Positions 47,361-58,950 of a stretch of 64,000 nucleotides of DNA are shown here, piece after piece (the first letter of the stretch is position 1; every line of letters begins with the position of its first letter). This DNA comes from Psammoneis japonica. Its lineage: Eukaryota. The translations under genes were made by a program, and so were the position numbers. The notes beneath the pieces are model-generated. The model was not told the origin of the DNA. It ran no database searches and saw nothing but the letters and a program-made list of their open reading frames with translations. The stretch spans positions 124,001 to 188,000 of the forward strand of contig QPGO01000020.1 in the NCBI GenBank assembly GCA_008632985.1, written 5' to 3'.

Positions 47361-50300
47361 CGTTGTCAGAGCCACACTCTAACTGTCTGAGACCATGGCA
47401 TTTGCTGCAGCACAAACCACCTCTTTCTTCGAGGACGATGACCAGGTGGGTTTGCCCAACGCAGCTCGTGTGCAGCTGGTGGCGGAAGGACTGGACCAAG
47501 TGAGCGACCTCACTGACTTTGATGAGGATGGTCTGAACCAGATCTTTGAGAACCTCAAGCGTCCTGGAGGCACCGTTCCACACCCCAATCCTGGTGCAGC
47601 TGCTGGAGCGGTCATTCGGACACCAGCCTTTGTCGCAGGTGCGAAGAGCATGGCGCGCCTCAAGGTTGCAAAACAGGCAGCGCAGTGCCACAAAACTGTT
47701 GGTCGTGAATTGTTGGCAGCTAACATGCACTGAAATTTTGTCATCAAGAACTTCCAGGAAGCGTGGAAGGCTTTGAAAGAAAGGAAGAGCGAAGATGATC
47801 CTGAAGCACCAAGGACCACCAAGTCGCTTCCGACTGTGAAGTGGACCGAGGCCTTTCGTGATCACCTGCAGCATGTGATCGGGACTCGGGCTGTCCCACT
47901 GTCATGCGTCACCCAAGAAACGGTTGCAGCTCCTGCGGCGGCTCCTGCACTGGCCATGAACCAACCTCACTTGGACGAACACAGTTCTCTTGAAGATGAG
48001 CCAGTGGCATGAGCCAGTCACACTCACCCTTTGTTTTGAGAGGACAACTCTGCAGTGTGTTGTTCTCTAGAAGAAGCCACCCGCAGAACCTTCTGTGTGG
48101 CTTCAATCAAGCCCTTTCAATGCAGGAAGGATGGAAGGGGTGCATGGACTGCACCAATGACACAACATGCTGGCGAGGATAAATGGGCAGCTGAGCTCAA
48201 GAAGCAGGAGGACTTCATCCACAATTGGAAGTGGAAAGCCCAATCAAATTTCTCCCTTGACCACTTTGTCTCTCAGCACCACAATGTCTTTGTCTCCATG
48301 CAGCAATGTGCTGAGTGTGTCACCTTCCAGCTCCCGAACGAGCACACAAGAGTCGCGCACCTGTTGGATGCCATCAAGACCGCTGATGCTCCACTGCAGG
48401 CCGCAATGGCTCTGGTCCACAACGACACAGGACCAAATGGAAAATGCAGTGACTTCAAGGCAGCGGCAGCACACATCTTGTGCCCCATGACCCTGTGGCC
48501 AAGAAACGAGCTGCCAAATGGCCTCACGCTGAAGTTTCTGGAATTGACTCCAGTGCCATTAAGTCTGGCATTGGCAAATCCGGGGTGGAGCTGCGCCATC
48601 ACACTCATTGTGAGTGTCAGCAATTGAACTCTGACCAGAAGGCCAAACTGAAAGAATGGCGCTCCTTGGAGGGCTCTTCTGCCATGAAGAAAAAGGAGGG
48701 CAAGCACAAGACACAACCAGCTGGTTCGCAGAAGAAGATCAAGAAGATGATCTTGGAAGCTGTGGCATCTGAGCTAGCTTCTCGCGAGAAGAAAGATGAA
48801 AAAGCCAACACCAGGTCTAACAATGCCAAGGTGCGCACTTGCCTCCTTTCCCTTGTTCAGGCGGCATGAAACTCGGCTCCGGCTGCCGTGTCGCTGCCTC
48901 CTCTGCCACCACCGATGGTGACACCGGCCCCGGCACAAGCCTCGGCGGTTCAGTTCAAGCCACCCTGGGTGATGTTGCAGTCGATCCTGCGGCGTGCCAG
49001 CAACAAGAAATGAAACGTCGGGACGGTGCTGCACTCCAATGTCTCCTTGCTTGAGGGGAGAAAATGTGCCATCTGTGCCATGGAATCACAGTCGCTGATT
49101 CCCAATCATTCTGTTCTAAAATTTGTTGCTCGCTGTGCAATCTCTGACATCACTGCAGAGACAAGTGAAGAGACTTGCAATGAGAGTGAAACGCGCACTG
49201 AACTGGATTCTCATGCGAACATGGTTGTGGTTGGCAAGGGGTCCCATGTGTTGAACGACACTGGTTGCACAGCTCAAGTGTCAGTCCTTTCAGTCCAGAG
49301 TGCGAGTCGATGAAAGATGTGAGAATGGTCAATGCTCTCTTGGCATGTGACTGCCCGCACTCCCTGAAAACTTGCTTGCTTGTTGGTCCTGCACAATGCC
49401 CTGTACATTCCGACAATGGACCACAATCTGTTGCCACCCTTTGTGCTGCATGAAGCAGGGGTGATTGTCAATGATGTTCCCAAGATGCAAGTCCAAGGAC
49501 GGGAACAAATGGAGGACAATCATGCCCTTCTGTTCCCGGATTTGAAGGTTACAATCCCACTGTCCCTGTGGGGTGCATTCTTGCACTTTCCATCTGGACG
49601 ACCCACAATGGAAGAGATGCAAGACACTGATGACGTGCTGGTCCTAACTCCATCTGGGCACTTGTGGAATCCTCACTTGGATTCCTGTGCTCGGAATGAG
49701 GAAAGCATGTTGGACTGGGAAGGGAACATGTCGGACAAATGTGGTCAGATCAGGATTCTGGTTGAAGACCTGCCTGACAAAGACGAGGAATTACAATTGT
49801 CCTCAATGATGTCGAGTGTTGAGTCTGGGATTGTTGACTCCAAGTTGTCAGTTGTTGATTGCTTTGAGGCTCATGATGACCTGAGTGGATGCACAGGAGT
49901 CATGCGGGAGGCTGACAACTCCCATGCCGTCATGTGTGACATCTTGGCCACTCTTGATTGCATCTCACTTGCCGAAGGTCCACAGGACCGCCGCGACATC
50001 GGCGTTTTTGCATCCTCTGTAGGATCCACGATGGCGGGACTTCAAGATGACTCAGATCGGGGTGACAATGTTGATTTTGATGTTTTTGAGGATGTCCAAC
50101 TTGAAGACATTGCAGACAATCTTGTGGAGCATTTTGAATCTGATCCCAAGGTCCAAGTTGGAGGAACTGCTGCCTCCAAGTCTAAGGGTGTGTCTCCAGA
50201 ACACTTGTCCAAGGTCTGGAGAACAAGCACCAAGGATGCAGAGCAGACTGTGGACAACACCTTTCAACTTCTTCAACGCACCCAAGACCCAGCTTTCTTG

Positions 50301-51513
50301 AGGAACTGTTCAACAAACAACAGGATGCTGTGGTGTTGATGAACTGCCCAGCATTTCTTCATGGACACTTTCTTTGCAAGTGAGAAGGCTGGGAAGTCCA
50401 TGCGAGGACACTCATGCATGCAGTTGTTTGTCACTGACAAGGGCTTTGTTTGTGTGGTGCCCATGCATGCTCAATCAGAGACACCTCAGGCACTCAAGAT
50501 GTTTGCCAAGGAAGTGGGTGCACTGGAGGCGATCACATGTGACAGTGACCCAGCACAGAAGTCTGATGAGATTCAACAATTTCTTCACTCCATTGAGACC
50601 AGCCTTGGGCTGCTGGAGGAAGGAACACCATGGTCAAACCATGCTGAACTGCACATTGGCTTGTTCAAGGAGGTGGCACGCAAGGACATGAAAGAGTCCT
50701 TGTGCCCTTTGCCTTTTTGGGACTGCTGCTTTGAGCGACAGGCAAGAATTGACAACTTGATGGCCCAGAACCTGTTCCAACTTGAGGGGAGGAACCTGCA
50801 CTTCTCTGTGACAGGGGACAAAGGTGACATCTCCAACCTTGCTCAATTTGGATGGCATGACTGGTGCTTCTTCCGTGAGCACACCAACCCCTTCCCATTT
50901 GATCGCGAAGTTCTCGGGCATGTGCTGGGCCCCACCAAAGGAGAAGGAAACAACATGGCTCAGTGGGTGCTGAAGGGCAATGGCAATGTTGCACCACGAC
51001 GTTCCCCCTCTCAGTTGCTGAGATGAACAGTGACACTGAGAAATGCAAGCTTGAGATTTTTGACCAGTGCATTGAATCAAGCTGGGGCTCTGCAGCTTGT
51101 CCTGTGTCCTCTGCAGGCAAGCAGTTCATTCCGCATGGGGATGCACACGAAAAGCCCAGAGATCTCCTGAATTTGATGACCCAGTTGACGCTGCTGGGAA
51201 TGCCATTGACCCAACCCCCTTGCATGACCAGCTCATCCATGCTGAGATTGCTCTGCCTCAGGGTGACAAGTTGAGGCAGGCCCGTGCAATTGGCCGATCT
51301 GTGGATCCAGATGGTTGATCGGTCGGCACGTGCAATGACAACCCAATCATGAACACTTTGGTTTACAACGTCGGGTTTCCTGATGGGAGGTGAAGGAACA
51401 TGCCGCCAACGTCATTGCTGAGAACTTGCTTTCTCAAGTTGACTCAGAGGGCTGCACTCTCAACCTTTTTGACAGCATGCTTGATTTTGCCAAAGATGAT
51501 GCAGCAGTGACCA

Positions 51514-54308
51514 AGGACAACATGTGCACCAAGGTTGGCAAGCAGAAACGGTTGTGCAAGACGATGTGCAGCTGGAAATTGCCAGTTCTGTGGAAGGATG
51601 GGACCAAGTCCTGGGTCTCCCTGAAGGACATGAAGGAATTGCACCCAGTGGAGACTGCGGAAATTGCCAAAGCCAGAGGTGTTGATGATAAAACAACTTT
51701 TCGACAGCAGATGCCGCACACCCTTCACAAGCGAGATGTCATTGTATCTGCAGTCAAGGCACGTGTGCAACGTGTGACGCACAAATGTGGGGTCAAGCTT
51801 CCCAAGACAGTGGAAGAGGCACTTGAACTTGACCATCAGAATGGCAACAAACTTTGGGCACAAGCAATCAAGAAGGAGATGCGCGATGCGGGTGTCACAT
51901 TTGAGATCTTGGATGATGACACTCCGACTCCTGTTGGTTGGTCCAAACAGTCAGGTCACCTGACATTTGATGTTAAGATGACCATGGCCAGGAAGGCCAG
52001 ATGGGTCCTCGATGGACACAAGACTTCAAGTCCCGAGGGTCAACGTGCGCTGGCGTTGTCTCCAGGGAGAAAGTGTGTGCATTGCCCTGATGTGTGCTGC
52101 CTTGAACGACATTGACGTGATGGCAGCAGACATTCAGAATGTGCACCTTCAGGCTCCTTCATCCCAAAAGCACTGCATTGCATGTGGCCCAGAGTTTGGT
52201 CTCAAGAATGTTGGCAAGCAAGCCCTCATTCATCAGGCTCTGCATGGTGGCAAGTCGGCGGGACGAGATTTCCAGAATCATCTGCGTGCGTGCATGTCCC
52301 ATCTTGGTTTCAAGCCTTGCAAGGCTGACCCTGATGTGTGGATGCATGAAGCACTCAAGTCGAATGGCACGGAGCACTGGGAACATGTTCTCCTCTACAC
52401 CGACGATGTTCTGTGCATCTCCAACAATGCTGAGGAGATTCTACGAGGGGAGATTGGCAAGCACTTTCCATTGAAGGAGTCATCAATCGGACCTCCAAGT
52501 CTGTACCTTGGAGGACACCTGTGAAAAGTGGAACTTGAGAATGGGGCCAAAGCGTGGGCATTCAGTTCCTCCCAGTGCATTCAAGCATCGGTTAAGAATG
52601 TCGAGACTTTCCCGGAGTCAAAGGGTTTGAAGTTGCCTGCCAAGGCTCCAACCCCACTTGGCAGCTCGCATCATCCTGAACTTGACACAAGCAAGGAATT
52701 GACTCCGACCCATGCTGCGCACTGTCAATTGCTCATTGGCATCCTGCGTTGGATGGTCAAGCTGGGGCATGTTGACATTTGTCTTGAGGTGTCTGTGATG
52801 TTGTTGCACTTGGCTGTGCCACAAGAAGGACACCTTGATCAGGTGTGCCACATCTTTGCGTGTCTCAAGAGGCACCATGACACCGAGATGGCATTTGACC
52901 CCACCTGTCCAGGACAACATGTGTGCCAAAATTGGCAAGCAGAAATGTTTGTGCAAGATGATGTGTGGCTGGAAATTCCTTGTTCTGCGGAAGGATGGGA
53001 CCAAGTCCTGGGTTTCCCTGAAGGACATGAAGAAATCACACCCAGTGGAGACTGTGGAATTTGCCAAAGCCAGAGGCATTGACGATGAACTGGCTTCTTG
53101 ATGGTGGGTGCCATGCACCCTTGGCAAGCAAGATGTCATCGTGTTTGCGGTCAAGGCACGTGTGCAACGTGTGATGCACAAGCATGGGGTCAAGCTTCCT
53201 GAGACAGTGTCAGAGGCACTTGAACTTGACCGCCAGAATGGCAACAAACTTTGGGCACCAGCAATCAAGAAGGAGATGCGTGATGCAGGTGTTGCATTCA
53301 AGATCTTGAATGATGACACTCCGACTCCCAATGGTTGGTCCAAACAGTCAGATCACCTGACATTTGATGTTAAGATGACCATGGCTAGGAAGGCTGGATG
53401 AGTCCTAGATGAACACAAGACTTCAAGTCCCAAGGGGTCAATGCATGCTGGCATCATCTCCAGGGAAAGTGTGCGCATTGCCCTGACGCACACTGCATTG
53501 AATGACATTGATGCAATGGCAGCGGACATTCAGAATGTGCACCTTCAAGCTCCATTGTCTCAGAAGCACTTCATCACATGCGGCCCAGAGTTTGGCCTCA
53601 AGAATGTTGGCAAGCAAGCCCTCATTTGTTGGGCTCTGCATGGTGGCAAGTCGGCGGGACTGGATTTCCAGAATCATCTGTGTGTGTGCATGTCCCACCT
53701 GGGATTCAAGCCTTGCAAGGCAGACCCTGATGTGTGGATGCGTGAAGCACTCAAGTCGGAAAGCACGGAGCACTGGGAGCATGTCCTCCTCCACACGGAC
53801 AATGTTCTGTGCATCTCCAACAATGCCAAGGAGATTCTGCAAGGGGAGATTGACACAAGTGCTTCCTGTTGAAGGAGTCATCGATTGGACCTCCAAGTCT
53901 GCACCTTGGAGGACACCTGCAAAAGGTGGAACTCAAGAATGGGGCTAAGGCATGGGCACTAAGTTCCTCCCAGCATGCTCAAGCATCAGTTGAGAATGTT
54001 GAGACATTCTTGAAGCACAAGGGTTTGAAGTTGCCTGCCAAGGCTCCAACCCCACTTGGCAGCTCGCATCATCCTGAACTTGACACAAGCAAGGAATTGA
54101 CTCCAACCAATGCTGCACACTGTCAATCACTCATTGGCATCCTGCGTTGGATGGTCGAGCTGGGGCATGTTGACATTTGTCTTGAGGTGTCTGTGATGTT
54201 GTTGCACTTGGCTGTGCCACAAGAAGGACACCTCGATCAGGTGTGCCACATCTTTGCGTGTCTCAAGAGGCATCATGACACTGAGATGGCGTTTGACCCC
54301 ACCTGTCC
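51514..54308 (+). repeat. Direct duplication of ~1397 bp of pol (51514-52910 and 52911-54308)
   Basis: aggacaacatgtg recurs at 51514 and 52911; both copies end gaccccacctgtcc. Confidence 0.92.
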
Positions 54309-55092
54309 TGCCATTGACAAAGCTCTCTTCACGCAACAAGACTGGACAACTTCCAAGTTTGGTCTGGCAACAGCGGAAGAAATGCCTGATGACATGCCTC
54401 AAGTGAGAGGCTTTGGCATGATCATGCATGCTTCCGTGGATGCTGATCATGCAGGCAACTCAATCACTTGCCAATCTCGGACTGGTTTTCTCATCCATTT
54501 GAACTTGGCACCTGTCCATTGGATGTCCAAGAAGCAGACAAGCATTGGAACCAGTTCATTTGGCTCAGAGTTTGCCAGCATGAAACAATGTGTGGAGCAC
54601 GTTTGTGGGCTTCATCACAAGCTCTGGATGATGGGGATCCTGGTTGTAAGACCAGCTTGTGTCCATGGTGATGACCAGTCTGTCCTGGCAAACACGTCTG
54701 TCCCCAACTCAATGTTCAAGAAGAAATGCCACAGTCTGGCTTGCCACTTTGTGCGAGAAGGTGCGGCCTGAGACAAATGGCAAATGGTGCATGTCAGCAT
54801 GCATCTCAATCCAAGTGATCTTCTGACCAAGGCACTCCCATCAGGGGAGAAGCGCAATCGGTTTGTCGGAATGATCTTGCATCATCTTGAAGGGAAGGTG
54901 GAGCAGGCTGTCCTGCTGAACCACCTGCCTGTGCAGAGGGTTTCACTGGGAATTCCCTGCCAATGAAGTGGTTTTTTTGGAATTCCTCACTTGATGAATG
55001 TTTGCATGTGAATTTTGCCATCATGCAATGATGTTTTGTCCCTTTGCATGCAATCCAGCTTTATGATGCAACCAAGTCTAGATTGAGGGGAG

Positions 55093-55413
55093 TGTTTTGA
55101 CATGAAGGTTGTGAGATGACCATTGTTCCCCAAGTGAACATCATGGGACAATTGGTGTTCCACAAGTGAAGGGGTGCTTTGTCAGCTAAAACGATTCTGA
55201 TTGGCTGGTTGGTCTGCCGGTCACAATGAAAATGTCACACTCAGCTCACGATGTGTCCCGCGTGTGGTTGGTTTGGTTCTTGGAAAGCAAGACTGTTTGG
55301 TGATGTCTTTGACATTCTGAGGGCATTGGCATGATGCTGAGAAATCCACCCAAGGATCTTCTCACAATCTTGATTGGGTCACTGTTTGTCACTGATTTGT
55401 CTCATCAAGACAC
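55093..55413 (+). repeat. 3' LTR of second copia, TpA-depleted
   Basis: Follows the PPT; similarity to the 5' LTR ends a few bases before that LTR's terminal CA. Confidence 0.88.
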
Positions 55414-56317
55414 GTCCCCATGTGTCCAACTCAGACAGTTTGCGCAAACTGTCTGAGTTGGGCACACCAGGACATTCAATTAGGGAGTTGATTGTTTTGC
55501 GTGATGTTGTCCGTGCCAGTTGTTGTTGCTGGGCCTCAACAAGCAAGAGGCTTTGGACATGCCATTGCAGCTTCCCTTTTGTCAAAAATGCTTCTGAAAA
55601 GCATCCACCAATTGAGTGTTTCTCTCATGGCATGGTCGCAATGCAGTTTGTTTGTGAAACTGAGCGTGACTGCTTCTCCTCTCTCTGAATGAAAAAAAGA
55701 AAAAATGGCTGACCAGACACTTGAAAGTGGGGTGGGTGCAATTGTTTTTCCAAGCTGAACAAATTGGATGATGAAGCAGAAGAATTTGGTTGAATTGGCC
55801 TTGTCACTTCAACAAACAATGCAGGGACATTCTCTTCTTGGGCACCGGAGCTCTCCTGACTGGAAACCAAGCTTTTGCAAAAGATTTCCAGAGAGGCTGT
55901 TAACCTCAATGTGACACCAAGCTTGTGGCTTGGTGGTCACTTCATTCAGGAGATTGCAAAGTTAAAAAAGTCATCCAGCACCCTGCCTTTGTCACCTCCA
56001 CACTGTGTTGTTGTTGCCACATCTTCTCTGTGCACAACAGAGTGCAGCCATTTCCAAGAGCCAACATGTCAACAAGAAAGTGTTGTCAGAGCTGGCACTG
56101 GCATGATGAATCTTCTAAGTGCAATCAGCAGTGCTGGCACACAGGTGCAGGGACAGGCGAGCACTGTGGGTGGAGGGTCCAGAGGTTGGAGAGAGTTGCA
56201 CTTTGGGCACAAGTGCAAATTTTGCATGCATTTCTGTGGGAGCAGTGCTGTGTGTCATCACGCAGGGAGATTGGGAAGATCCATTGTTCCAGCATGAAGA
56301 GACACAAGGTGTGACAA

Positions 56318-57020
56318 TTGCGCAACAGTTTGCAGCTGCTTTCCTGTTTTGTGTTTGCTGCAGCATCATTTCCATCAGGTGAAAGAACAATGTCCTGCAA
56401 GCACGTGTTTGCCATCAGCATGTCTGCAGAAGGGAAATGTGCGCATGACAGCAACCTGCAATTTGCAGCCAAATTGCTGCTCAAAAGCTCCACCCAGCAG
56501 CAGAAAGGCTCCAACCACTGGCAGCTGCACATCCAGCAGCAGCACAAAGGTTCCAGCCACTGCCAGTGCTTGCATCACAAAGGCTCCAACCACCACCAGT
56601 GTCAGCAGCACACAAAGCTCAACCAGCCACAGCAAGTGCCAGCAATCCAGAGGCTGCAACCACTGCCAGCATCAGCATCAGTGCAAAAAATCTAGCCACT
56701 GCTGGCACCAGCAGTGAAAAGGCTCTGGCTGCCACCAGCTCTGCACCCAATGGCACAAACAAGGCTCCAACTGCCACAGAGCCAGCTCTGTGCTCCATGC
56801 CCAGTGGTGCAAAGGCTCCAAAGCCACCAGCTCTGTGTCCAGCAGTGTGAAGGCTCAAACCACCGCAAGCACCAACAAAAAGGCCCTGCACACCACCAGC
56901 TCCACATCAAAAGGCTCCAACTGCCACCAGCTCCACACCCAGTGGTGCAAAGGCTGCCAGCTCCATGTCCAGCAGCATTGCAGAGGCTCAAACAGGCCAC
57001 CTCCAGTTGCTGCAGGTGTG
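56318..57020 (+). pseudogene. Relic of a gene with Pro/Thr/Ser-rich repeats (KAPT.TSS type)
   Basis: About 10 degenerate aaggctcca...caccagc units reading TKAPTATSSAPSG-like in shifting frames, preceded by a hydrophobic leader-like stretch. TpA-depleted. Confidence 0.45.
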
Positions 57021-57027
57021 TCGGGTA

Positions 57028-57589
57028 GCGCATGCATTGTGAGAGCCCTGTTGGAGCACGGCGCTAATTTGAATGTACCGTGCGAGGGTGGTCACACACC
57101 ATTGGACATGTCCATCTCACTTGGTAACCACGGTGTCACCTCTGCCTTAATGGAAGCGCATGGGCGACAACTTTTGTCGCGCGACAACATTCAGCCAGCC
57201 CTCTGGGCCCATGTGTTGGCCACAGTGGGGAACAGGAGTACTGACATGTCCAGAGTTGGCCTTGTTTACTCTTTGATTCGTGAGAAGCCGGATCTGGTTC
57301 AGCCAGGGGATGCGAGAAGGAATAAAAATCGATCTGATTGATTTCTTCCTGGAGTGTAAAGTCCCTTTATTATCTTTTCTATTCTAAGAAAGCACGGGAG
57401 CTAACTTTCTTTATCTAGTTCACTAGAAACTGTACATCCGCTTTTACCTCAGGCTGGGTCGTCATACCGTATAGCGTCTGTATTGATAGAAATTCGTGCT
57501 CAGCAACGTACTAAGGCAGAGGCCGATCGCGGTAATCCTGCCATGCTACGGAAGGCGGAACATGCCATGTAAGTGCTACATTGAGAGAA
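57028..57589 (+). pseudogene. 5'-truncated duplicate of the ankyrin gene (last repeat, C-terminus, 3' flank)
   Basis: Colinear with 62561-63119; identical C-terminal peptide ...VLATVGNRSTDMSRVGLVYSLIREKPDLVQPGDARRNKNRSD. Confidence 0.88.
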
Positions 57590-57899
57590 AAGTATTCCTT
57601 TTATAAGAACACTATTTGCAAAGTTCAATCTTGATAGATGTGCGCTAATTGCTCAATCCACTCGACGTCTTGAAGCACAGCAATCCTACAAATCCCGTTC
57701 TTGACAAAGACAACAATAGAAAGTAAATCTCAGTTTTTAGGTAGATGTCCTTGGTGGGTAGCTGCTACCCGTATCTGCGAGACAGTAGATTGTAAGCTTG
57801 CTCCAACAATCATCAGAATGCACGGCCCGGAACAGTTCTTCTTGACGCAGGATGCTGCCGTTGTCGAGAACAACGACATCTTGGTTGTAGGGCACTACA

Positions 57900-58950
57900 C
57901 TCCTTAACGGGAGAAACATGGGCTTGCAAAATAGTTCTTTGCATTCCATACTTCTTAGTGACGCATCTCCTCCTCGTCCTCGTTTCTTTCTTTTCCACCA
58001 GTGCTCGGCCCAGCTCCCTGCGTATATATGCGCTCAACATCTGGTAGAAAGTGAGCTTCTTGTATAATTTCTCCATCGCTGCACGCGTCGCACGTGATTT
58101 CTGCGGAAGAGCTGCATTGGACACTATTAAAAGTGGGCAATCTGTAACTCTGTAGCGGTACGTAAAGACTTATCCTCAATAAAAGCACGATAATAGCCTT
58201 GATCGCTTCTGGACCTTGCTAGTTCCTGTTGTAACAGGTACACAAACGCACAATATACATTGAGAGCTAACAAAAGCCGGCAACACAAGATCTCACCGAT
58301 CGCGATCTCCTTCCAAGTACGAGATCGATCCAATCAGGCAGCATTTCCCAGCAATGTTGCTCTCAAGCACGTCCCTCATTACCTCAAAAACTTATCCTGC
58401 CTACCAGGTCCAGGGAGGTAACTGGACATCGCCAATTACATTGCGCTCTCGTTAAGTGCTTATTCATATTCTTCAAGAAGGCAGGGTTGCAACACCACTG
58501 TGGGGCAAGCTCCTTTACCTCCGTGGCCGAAGATCCAGTACACATATCCCACGTCCGGGGCACGGAAATACACAGCCTGTAGTCGCCCTCGATTGGAGCC
58601 AGGGGAGGCAGTAGGCAGCACCTTATGCGGGACATTGCCAAATGTCAAAGTTTCTTTTGGTAACTGCTCGCTTTTCCGGCGGCCACTTGCTTGGAATCAA
58701 ATCGCCTCCAAGAATAAGCCGTTTGACCGCGTAAGAAGATTCTGACTCTTCAGCAATGGCCGACCGTGCTGCAGCATCAAAGAGACCTTGGCTTCTCCCG
58801 AACCCGCGGTGTCTTTAGATGATCCCTTGTGGTGGACGTAGGCGTCAAACAGAGCCTTATCACGCAACCGACGCTCTTCAAAGTCCACCGAAAAGCCGTT
58901 CATGCCCATCTCCGATGCTGGAACATCCGAGCATTGCTCGCGAGTCGGGT
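57900..58950 (-). pseudogene. Decayed coding sequence of unknown family
   Basis: Consecutive protein-like minus-strand ORF pieces (58909-58697, 58648-58460, 58124-57813) separated by stops or frameshifts. Confidence 0.3.

Larger units (their letters stand above)
47023..55413 (+). mobile_element. Second Ty1/copia element, degenerate (stops, frameshifts), with an internal 1.4-kb duplication
   Basis: LTRs at 47023-47360 (TG...CA) and 55093-~55413; PBS-like gttgtcagagcc; PPT ttgaggggag; gag from 47395; ELDSHAN, MDTFFA, KARWVLDGH, YTDD, VDADHAG motifs. No matching TSD found. Confidence 0.93.

Noticed and set aside
38299..55413. Classical RIP or plain CpG deamination as the sole explanation
   Set aside because: RIP would create TA and stop codons. 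CpG decay cannot turn conserved Tyr, Val or Leu codons into the observed ones, and the young element retains CG.
56790..57341. 183-aa ORF as a real chimeric gene
   Set aside because: The N-terminal half is hypermutated repeat DNA that is open by chance, fused to a truncated ankyrin copy; no ATG start in the ORF's 5' part.
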